Of a stretch of 64,000 bases of DNA, positions 1 to 7,176 are shown piece after piece; positions within the stretch are counted from its first letter, which is position 1; each line of letters starts with the position of its first letter. Source of the DNA: an uncultured Chloroflexia bacterium (lineage in GTDB: Bacteria > Chloroflexota > Limnocylindria > Limnocylindrales > CSP1-4); NCBI GenBank assembly GCA_963766735.1, contig CAVYBU010000006.1, positions 88,929 through 152,928 on the forward strand, in the 5' to 3' direction. The position numbers and the translations under genes are program-made. The notes beneath the pieces are model-generated. The model did not search any database. It saw nothing but the letters and a program-made list of their open reading frames with translations, and was not told where the DNA came from.

Positions 1-726
1 CTGGATGCGCGACAGGGTCGGCGTCCGCAGCTCGCCGCCGAACGTCTCGGGACCACCGAAGCCGGCGTCGTCCACGAGCACGATCAGGACGTTCGGGGCC
101 CCATCCGGCGCCTTGGGCCCGGGGATCATCGACCAGTCGCCGACGGACGTGTCCATCGTCCGGCCGACCACGCCCCCGAAGTTCCGGTCAGGGATCGGCA
201 GCACGGTCCGATCCTGGCTGAACTTGCCCATCGCCTCGGCGAGGGAATCCTTCAAGGCGGCCGTGCCCGACTTCTCCGTCTGGACAACGGAGCGCACGAG
301 CGCCCCGGCCAGGATCTGCTGGACGGCGAGGGCCTGGTCCTCCTCGAACATCGCAAGGATGGCGGCGGTGCCGGGCTTGAGCGCCTCGCCGATCTTGTCG
401 TGGAGGCCCGTCTCCATCTTGTGCTTCGCGAAGCGCCCGGCGATTCCGCCCGCCGCGGCCCCAACGACGGTGGCTGCGAGCAGCGGGGGAGCGGCAAGAC
501 CCACGAGGAAGCCGACCGAGCCGCCGTAGCCGAGCCCCTTGCGGCCGAGGTGGTCGCCGGTCTGCTGGACGATGACGTTGTCGTCCTTGTCGTGGCTGAC
601 GAGGATCGCGCCCTCGATGCTGACCTTCTTCGCCTTCACCGCGGCGACGAGGTCGTCGAATTCCTTCGTGGCGGTGTCGACGCTCGGGTACCCCGCAACC
701 AGGACGTCGGTCAACTCGTGAGCCAT
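1..726 (-). CDS. DUF1269-family membrane protein domain (about 165 aa) running in-frame, with no stop, into an arylsulfatase N-terminus; 3' end lies beyond the window start
   Basis: Reverse translation from the ATG at 726 gives MAHELTDVLVAGYPSVDTATKEFDD...GLGYGGSVGFLVGLAAPPLLAATVVGAAAGGIAGRF...ALKDSLAEAM, a DUF1269-like fold. It continues without a stop as GKFSQDRTVLPIPDRNFGGVVGRT...PNVLIVLVDDAGFGGPETFGG, the classic sulfatase N-terminus. This frame is absent from the ORF track. Confidence 0.65.
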   Translation of the reverse strand, partial: MAHELTDVLVAGYPSVDTATKEFDDLVAAVKAKKVSIEGAILVSHDKDDNVIVQQTGDHLGRKGLGYGGSVGFLVGLAAPPLLAATVVGAAAGGIAGRFAKHKMETGLHDKIGEALKPGTAAILAMFEEDQALAVQQILAGALVRSVVQTEKSGTAALKDSLAEAMGKFSQDRTVLPIPDRNFGGVVGRTMDTSVGDWSMIPGPKAPDGAPNVLIVLVDDAGFGGPETFGGELRTPTLSRIQ

Positions 727-932
727 GAGGTCGTCTCCCGTCAACGCTGTCCCGCCCAGCCCGCTGCCCAGGACGGGAGCTGATCATCATCGACAAGCCG
801 GGCAGGGCCCTCCTGCCAGGCGCCGCAACCAGTCCAGATTACATCCCTGATCCGGGGCATCGAACATCGAACCCCGCGGATGATGCGGCGACCTGGGAGC
901 GGGCCCCTGGCGCACCGGGACCGACTGATCGG

Positions 933-1634
933 CTACCGCCCCGGCCTGGATGCGCGGACCCGGTTCTGACCCAGGCGGATGAGCGGCAGCGCCAGCATCA
1001 GGGCGGTGGCCACCACGTAGAGGCCGACGGCGACGGGCGGAGCGACCAGGGCGCATGCGACCGCGATGATCCATATCCCGATCGAGATCCTTCGTTGGCG
1101 GGCCATCGCCGCCAGCTCCTCATCGGCGACGTCGTCGATCAGCAGCGTCCGTTCACGAGCAAGGTGGGCCATCAGGAAGGTCAGCAACAGCGATGCGACC
1201 AGCACGTTGATCCCGTAGATGAGCACCGCGACCTGGACATCGGGGCCGGCCAGGTGGCTCACCATCAGGCTGGTCGTGAACGGGAGCACGGCCACGAAGA
1301 GCAGGAACAGGAGGTTGAAGCTGAACGCGAGGGTGTCGCCGCGCTTCATGAGCCTCGTCATCCGGGTATGGGTGATCCAGTTGCCGCCGATGAAGGCGAA
1401 GCTGATGAGGTAGCCGAGGTACTCCGGCCACTGTTCGACCAGGGTCGGGAGCAATGGCTCGGGTCCGACCGGGACCGTCAGCTCCAGCACGAGCAGGGTG
1501 ATCGCGATCGCGAACACGCCGTCAGAGAAGGCGTTGAAGCGGTCCAGAGGCAGTTCGTCGGCCGGGCGGGGCGCTCCGGCGCCGGAGTCTCGATCAGACA
1601 CTGTCGCTCCTCCATCTCGCCGGCCTTCCAGCAA
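933..1634 (-). CDS. TMEM175-like / DUF1211 membrane protein (putative K+ channel family)
   Basis: The LDRFNAFSDGVFAIAITLLVLEL signature motif of DUF1211/TMEM175 is followed by multiple transmembrane helices. The true start may be internal. Confidence 0.75.
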   Translation of the reverse strand: MLEGRRDGGATVSDRDSGAGAPRPADELPLDRFNAFSDGVFAIAITLLVLELTVPVGPEPLLPTLVEQWPEYLGYLISFAFIGGNWITHTRMTRLMKRGDTLAFSFNLLFLLFVAVLPFTTSLMVSHLAGPDVQVAVLIYGINVLVASLLLTFLMAHLARERTLLIDDVADEELAAMARQRRISIGIWIIAVACALVAPPVAVGLYVVATALMLALPLIRLGQNRVRASRPGR

Positions 1635-1720
1635 CGAGGCGAGAACCCGGGCTGGGCGCCCGGGTTCTCGATCCTGTCAACCGGACCCGGGGGCCCAGCC
1701 GGCCAGTTGCTCCGTTGATC

Positions 1721-2692
1721 CTAGGCCTGGGCGTCCTCGGCTTCCTCGATCGCGACCTCCTCGGCGTCGCGCGACATGGAGACGACGTCCTCGGCCTCCT
1801 CGATCGCGACCTCTTCGACCTCGCGGGCGAGCGACACGACGTCCTCCGCCTCCTCGATCGCCGATTCCTCGACGTCCGCGGACAGCGCCACGACTGCCTC
1901 CGCCTCCTCGACGGCGGCCTCCTCGACCTCGATGGCCAGCGCCACGACCTCCGCGGCCTCCTCCATGGCGGCCTCTTCGATCAGCTCGGCAGCGAACAGC
2001 GTGTCGATGACGTCCTCGGCGGCGGCGTCCTCGATCGCCAGCGCCATTGCGACGACGTCGGCGGCCTCGGCGATGGCGGCCTCCTCGACGAGCTCCGCCA
2101 TGACCAGGGTCCGGGCGATGTCCATCGCGGCCATCACCTTGATGGCCTCGGCCGCCTCGATGGCCTCCTCGGCCTCCATCCTGACCCGCAGCTCCTCGCC
2201 GACGAGGGCCAGGGCGTCGGGCGAGATCATCGCCTGCATGAGCGAACGCCCCCCGGCCTCGCCGATCGCGTCGCGCAGGCTTGCCGCCCAGTGGTGCTCG
2301 ATCACGAGGATCGCGGCCGCCCCGCCGGCGGGAATGCTCTCGGCAAGCTCCTTCATGCGGTCCACGCCGAGGCCGGCGTCCCGCTCGGCCACGGCAAGCG
2401 CGCCCAGGATCTCGCCCTCGACCATGCCCTCGACGCCGCCCTCGTGCAGGCCGATGAGGCCGCCCGCGATCGCGCCCAGGCGCATCCGCTCGTTCTCGGA
2501 CAGGTCGGTCATGTGCATCGAGTTCTCGATGCTGCCGTGCCTGTCCTTCTGGACGAACAGGATGTCCACGATCCGGATCACGCCGCGCTTCCGTGCCCGG
2601 CGCAGCTCGGCCATGATCTTGCCGGTGGCCTCGAACTTGTCGAACCCGATCACGAACACCTGGATCGGGCCCGTCACGTGCTTCTCGCTCAT
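1721..2692 (-). CDS. DUF1269-like soluble protein with a C-terminal Glu/Ala-rich 18-aa tandem repeat array
   Basis: The N-terminus IQVFVIGFDKFEATGKIMAELRRARKRGVIRIVDILFVQKDRHG... resembles the DUF1269 / general-stress-protein fold. The C-terminus holds about 7 copies of EEVAIEEAEDVVSxxxxx. Confidence 0.7.
   Translation of the reverse strand: MSEKHVTGPIQVFVIGFDKFEATGKIMAELRRARKRGVIRIVDILFVQKDRHGSIENSMHMTDLSENERMRLGAIAGGLIGLHEGGVEGMVEGEILGALAVAERDAGLGVDRMKELAESIPAGGAAAILVIEHHWAASLRDAIGEAGGRSLMQAMISPDALALVGEELRVRMEAEEAIEAAEAIKVMAAMDIARTLVMAELVEEAAIAEAADVVAMALAIEDAAAEDVIDTLFAAELIEEAAMEEAAEVVALAIEVEEAAVEEAEAVVALSADVEESAIEEAEDVVSLAREVEEVAIEEAEDVVSMSRDAEEVAIEEAEDAQA
1740..2120 (-). repeat. 54-bp imperfect tandem repeats (about 7 copies), coding for acidic 18-aa units
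   Basis: The unit cctcctcgatcgc...gacgtcctcggc recurs on the DNA. The protein repeat is EE[AV]A[IVM]EEAE[DA]VV[AS].... Confidence 0.7.
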
Positions 2693-2823
2693 GTTGCCTG
2701 CTCTCCTGTGCTGACGATCGCGGGTGGTTGCCCCTGCGCGCGGCTCTCTCGGGGTCCGGATGATATCGAGCCCGGGCCGACGATCGACCCGGGCTCGATG
2801 ATTCGCGTGTTGCGGTGCCCGGA

Positions 2824-3450
2824 TCAGCCGGCGGCGGGTGCCCCACCCTCAGCGGCATCAGCGGCGGCCGCGGCGGCCTTGATCGCGTCCGCGGCTTCCT
2901 CGTCAACCGGGACCGCCTTGACCTCCTCGGCGTCCGGCATCTTGAGCCTGACGTCCTCGACGGCCGTTGCCGACACGAGGCACAGGATGCCCGACGTGCC
3001 GGGGGTGATGACGTCGGTCAGCTGCTTCTCGACCTCCACCCGGTGGTAGAGGTTGCGGGCCTTGCCCGCAGCCGCGCCGGCGAAGCCCAGCGCAACGGCA
3101 CCGCCGACGATCGTCGCCGGCAGGAAGATCCCGGCGACCACGCCGCCCACGATGCCCCACTTGAGGCCCTTGCGGGTGCTGTGCTCGGTCATCTTCTGGA
3201 TGTGGATCCGGCCGTCGGCGTCGGCCTTGGCGACGAGGACGCCGTCGATCTCGAGCGAGCCGTCGATCTCGGCCGACTGGAGGTCCCGGTAGACACCGAC
3301 GGCGGCGTTGGCGTCCGCGAAGCGGGCCACGATGAGGGCATGGTTGCCCTCGGCGGCGATGGCGGCCTCGGCGATCACGCCCTTGTCATCGGCCACCTGG
3401 GCAGCGACGACGACGACGTCCTCGGCCTGGGGGGTGGTCTCTTCGGTCAC
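2824..3450 (-). CDS. DUF1269-family membrane protein
   Basis: VLVAKADADGRIHIQKMTEHSTRKGLKWGIVGGVVAGIFLPATIVGGAVALGFAGAAAG and a KxxL acidic tail; typical DUF1269 architecture. Confidence 0.75.
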   Translation of the reverse strand: MTEETTPQAEDVVVVAAQVADDKGVIAEAAIAAEGNHALIVARFADANAAVGVYRDLQSAEIDGSLEIDGVLVAKADADGRIHIQKMTEHSTRKGLKWGIVGGVVAGIFLPATIVGGAVALGFAGAAAGKARNLYHRVEVEKQLTDVITPGTSGILCLVSATAVEDVRLKMPDAEEVKAVPVDEEAADAIKAAAAAADAAEGGAPAAG

Positions 3451-3644
3451 GTGGAACCTCCTGTGGGCTGGGCGCCGTCCCTGGGAGCCGCGGTGAGATG
3501 CGGCGCGATCGGGATGATGTCGGCGCGGTGGGTCCGTCCACGGTCGCGTGGCGGACGCGCGGTTGCTGCGCAGATCGATGGTACGCGGTTTCCGGAGAGA
3601 GGCGATTCCGTGGAGGGGAACCCGGGCCCGCTGCCACGCTCGGG

Positions 3645-4316
3645 TCAGGGTTCGGAGGCCGGCACCCCAGCGGCAGGTCCCGGCAGGTCTCGCTCCAGCG
3701 CCCGGGTGAGCCGGACGAGCGTGGCGGCAAGTGCCACGAACGCCACACCCGCCAGCCAGCCGGCGAGGACGTCAGTCGGCCAGTGGACCCCGAGCGCGAT
3801 CCTCGAGAGCCCGATGAGCACGGGGAGGATCACCGCGAGGATGAGCACTGCCCGGCGGACCGCGAGCGAGAGCCGGCTTCGCCAGGCGACGAGCGCCAGG
3901 ATCCCGTAGGTCACCGTGCTGTTGAGGGTATGGCCGGAGGGAAAGCTGTAGCCGGGCGCCGACACCAGGGGGTTCGCCGTCGGCCTGGGCCGGGCCACGA
4001 GCTCCTTCACGACCTCCGTGAACAGCGCCCCGGCGATGAGCACCAGAGCGACGATGATCGCAAGGTGGACACGCCGCGAGACCGCGGCGGCCAGAAAGAG
4101 CGCGATCCCGATCAGGACGAGGATCTCCGCGCCGAGGAACGTGCACGCCTCCCAGAACCCGACCGGGACGGGGAGGGACTGCAGGGCGGTCGCAAGCGGC
4201 TCGTCGAACGCAAGGCCGCCGCGACGGACGACCAGCATGCCAAGGACGAGGAAGGCGATCGCGCACGCGAGGCCCACCCAGGGCCAGGTGTCGCGGCGGG
4301 TTGGGCGCGGCGTCAT
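3645..4316 (-). CDS. PAP2-family phosphatase (phosphatidic acid phosphatase type 2 / undecaprenyl-PP phosphatase-like)
   Basis: Motifs KELVARPRP, PSGH and SRIALGVHWPTD within a polytopic membrane protein. Confidence 0.8.
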   Translation of the reverse strand: MTPRPTRRDTWPWVGLACAIAFLVLGMLVVRRGGLAFDEPLATALQSLPVPVGFWEACTFLGAEILVLIGIALFLAAAVSRRVHLAIIVALVLIAGALFTEVVKELVARPRPTANPLVSAPGYSFPSGHTLNSTVTYGILALVAWRSRLSLAVRRAVLILAVILPVLIGLSRIALGVHWPTDVLAGWLAGVAFVALAATLVRLTRALERDLPGPAAGVPASEP

Positions 4317-4400
4317 GGCGACGCAGCATAGGGGACACGGCGCTGGTGCCGCGCCCGGTCACGATGCCGGGGCTCCATACAGCGTGCCATACTCCGGCGT

Positions 4401-4664
4401 ATGGACCTCACATTCGTCGGCTGGATCGTCGTTGGCCTGATCGCAGGGTTGTTCTCCGGCGTCGTCGCCGGTGGCCGGACGCTCCGGGGCTGGATGCCGA
4501 GCCTCGTCATCGGCCTGGTGGCCGCGGTCATCACCGGCTGGCTGCTGGTGTCATTCGCCGGGGTGGACTCGATCACCAGCATCTGGGTCTCGGCGCTGTT
4601 CGCGTCGGTCGTCGCGGTCGTCCTCCGGCTGCTCATCAAGACGGTCTCGTTCAGCGGCGACTGA
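4401..4664 (+). CDS. GlsB/YeaQ/YmgE-family small membrane protein (transglycosylase-associated)
   Basis: 87 aa with three TM helices; WIVVGLIAGLFSG...VIGLVAAVITGWLL pattern. Confidence 0.7.
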   Translation: MDLTFVGWIVVGLIAGLFSGVVAGGRTLRGWMPSLVIGLVAAVITGWLLVSFAGVDSITSIWVSALFASVVAVVLRLLIKTVSFSGD

Positions 4665-4794
4665 CGGCCGGTAGGCGGGCGCCAGGTCCCAGCGGGGGTC
4701 GGGCGTCGGGCAGGGAAGGAACAGACGCGCCGATGGCACGGTACGAACCACGCGCCCTGACAGGTCACCCCGCGCGAAGCGGAGGGACGCACCG

Positions 4795-6957
4795 GTGACG
4801 GCACCGGCGGTACGGACCCCCGCGGTCATCCCCGACTGGCTGGTCAACCTCGCGGCCCTCGGCTGGCGGATGATCGTCATCGCGGCGCTCATCGTCGTGC
4901 TGTGGCAGCTCAGCGGGCTCCTGTGGACGGTCTCCGCCTCCATCGCGATCGCCATCGTCATCGCGGCCGCTTTCGCGCCGTTCGTCCTGCGGCTGCGCGC
5001 CCGCGGTCGATCGCAGGCTGCGGCGGCGGGGATCGTGTGGGTGGTCGCGATCGCCGTCCTCACCGGCGCTGCGTTGCTGCTCTCGTTCGCCTTGCTGCCG
5101 TCCATCGGCGAGCTGGTGACCAGGATCTCGGCCGCCATCGCGGAGGTCCAGGCACGGGTCGTCGAGAACGGCGTCCCACCGGACGTCGCGGCGTCTGCTC
5201 GAGCGGCCATCGATGCCGCCCGCGAGGCGATCGGCGCGGCCGTGGGCGACATCGTCGCGGCGGCCGGAGGCGTCATCACCGTCCTGGTCCTCGCCTCCTT
5301 CCTCGTGTTCTTCTTCCTGAAGGACGGCGACAGGGCCTGGATCTGGGTCTTCCAGGCCGTCAGCGACCAGAAGCGGGAGCGAATCACCGAGGCCGGTGAG
5401 GACGCGCTGGCACGCGTCGGCGGCTACCTCCGCGGAACGACGATCCTGTCCGCGATCATCGCGCTCACGGACCTCGTGTTCATGTGGGTTCTGGGCGTGC
5501 CGCTCGCGGTGCCGCTGGCCGTCCTCGTCTTCTTCAGCGGCTACATCCCGTACTTCGGCGGCATCGTCACGACGATGCTCATCCTGCTGGTCGCGTACGC
5601 GACCCTCGGCCTGGGACCGGTCGTGGTCTTCATCCTGCTGATCGCCATCCGCAACGCGATCCTCGGCTACGGCATCCGCCCGGCCGTGTATGGCCGAACC
5701 GTGAGCATCCATCCCGCACTCGTCCTCATGGCGCTGCCCGCGGGGTTCGCGCTGGCCGGGGTCGTGGGCCTGTTCGCGGCAGTGCCCGTGACGGCCGTCC
5801 TGCTCGCAGTGGCGGCGGCGACCGTGGCGATCGTTGACCCCGGTCCGCGCCCCGAGCTCCCTTCCCTGGTGCCGGCCTGGCTCGACCGGGTCGCACAGTG
5901 GAGCTGGCGCCTGCTGGTGGGCCTGGGCCTGATCACGCTGATCGTGCTGGTGATCGTTGCGGTGCCGATGGTCGTGGTCCCCATCGTCATGGCCACGATC
6001 CTCGCGGCCACGCTGCACCCCCTGGTTCGCGTCCTCGTCCGGCGCGGCCGGGGACGCGGGCAGGCCGCCGCGATATCAGTGGGCGGGGGGATCCTCGCGG
6101 TCACCGCGGTCATGGGGATCGCCCTGATGTCGCTGGTGGGCCAGGCCGGGGCCATCGGGCGGGAGGCCTCTGGCGGCGCCGGGTCCGTGAGCGATGCGGC
6201 GGGCGGCACCCTCGAGATCCTCACAGCCGCGGTGGCCACCGGGGGGACCGACCTGGTGACGACCGCGGCCTCCATCGTGTCCGACGTGGGCGCGCTTGTC
6301 GTGGTCATCGTCCTGAGCGCCCTGCTGTCGTTCTACTTCCTCAAGGACGGCGGACACCTGTGGAGCCGGACCCTTGCGCGTGTCCGACCCGAGGCGGCAG
6401 GCGCGATCGACGAGGCCGGCAGCCGTGCGTTCGAGGTGCTGAGCGGGTACATGATCGGGACCGGCGCCATCTCGCTGGTGGGCGCGGCCAGCCAGCTGGT
6501 CATCATGCTGGTCCTGGGCATCCCGCTCGCGGTGCCGATCTTCGTCCTCTCGTTCTTCCTGTGCTTCATCCCCTACATCGGCGGCTTCATCTCGACCGGC
6601 ATCGCGCTGCTGGTGACCATCGCCGTCGGCGTCCCATCGGACATCGTGATCATGGTCATCTGGACCCTCGTGTTCAACATCGTCACCGGCAACGTCGTCT
6701 CGCCGCTCGTCTACGGCAAGACGGTCCACCTGCACCCCGCGGTCGTGCTGGTCGCGATCCCGGCCGGAGGAGCCGTCGCCGGGATTGCCGGCATGTTCCT
6801 GGTCGTGCCCCTGATCGGCGTTGTCGCCGTGACCTGGCGCACAGTCCTCGCTGTCATCGGGATGCCGAGGATCCCGCGCGGGGCGGCGGTGCCGGCGTAC
6901 GCCGCGGCCGCCCCTGACCTCGTTGGTCCCGAGGCGGAGCCGGCCGAGGGCGGCTGA
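4795..6957 (+). CDS. Tandem-duplicated AI-2E (UPF0118 / PerM) family transporter, two complete domains in one polypeptide
   Basis: The FLVFFFLKDGDRAW and LSFYFLKDGGHLW motifs each sit in one roughly 350-aa half. Both halves carry the ...YGxxxxxHP... signature. GGAGGGA RBS upstream of the GTG start. Confidence 0.8.
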   Translation: MTAPAVRTPAVIPDWLVNLAALGWRMIVIAALIVVLWQLSGLLWTVSASIAIAIVIAAAFAPFVLRLRARGRSQAAAAGIVWVVAIAVLTGAALLLSFALLPSIGELVTRISAAIAEVQARVVENGVPPDVAASARAAIDAAREAIGAAVGDIVAAAGGVITVLVLASFLVFFFLKDGDRAWIWVFQAVSDQKRERITEAGEDALARVGGYLRGTTILSAIIALTDLVFMWVLGVPLAVPLAVLVFFSGYIPYFGGIVTTMLILLVAYATLGLGPVVVFILLIAIRNAILGYGIRPAVYGRTVSIHPALVLMALPAGFALAGVVGLFAAVPVTAVLLAVAAATVAIVDPGPRPELPSLVPAWLDRVAQWSWRLLVGLGLITLIVLVIVAVPMVVVPIVMATILAATLHPLVRVLVRRGRGRGQAAAISVGGGILAVTAVMGIALMSLVGQAGAIGREASGGAGSVSDAAGGTLEILTAAVATGGTDLVTTAASIVSDVGALVVVIVLSALLSFYFLKDGGHLWSRTLARVRPEAAGAIDEAGSRAFEVLSGYMIGTGAISLVGAASQLVIMLVLGIPLAVPIFVLSFFLCFIPYIGGFISTGIALLVTIAVGVPSDIVIMVIWTLVFNIVTGNVVSPLVYGKTVHLHPAVVLVAIPAGGAVAGIAGMFLVVPLIGVVAVTWRTVLAVIGMPRIPRGAAVPAYAAAAPDLVGPEAEPAEGG

Positions 6958-7176
6958 GCAGAGACCGAACCCGGGACGGCGCCTGGCCGTGGACAGAGGA
7001 ACATCCCTGTCTGCGCCCGGCGCTCAGCCCGCACGTCGGCCGGGATCACGCTCGCTCACATCGGCTGAGTTGCCTGCAGGCTCGCATCGGAGACGCCGAC
7101 TGGCGATACTGCTCGGGCACACGGGATGATTTCCGGGAGGAAGCCGTCTCGTCCACAGGTCAGGAGGAATGGGCAC

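Noticed and set aside
1776-2714. 312-aa Ser/Ala/Thr-rich ORF on the plus strand
   Set aside because: Mirror-image artefact of the acidic-repeat gene on the minus strand. It has no RBS and a low-complexity composition.
7126-7176. Alternative upstream start for the first P-type ATPase
   Set aside because: The AGGAGG RBS is correctly spaced for the ATG at 7177. The upstream ATG lacks an RBS.
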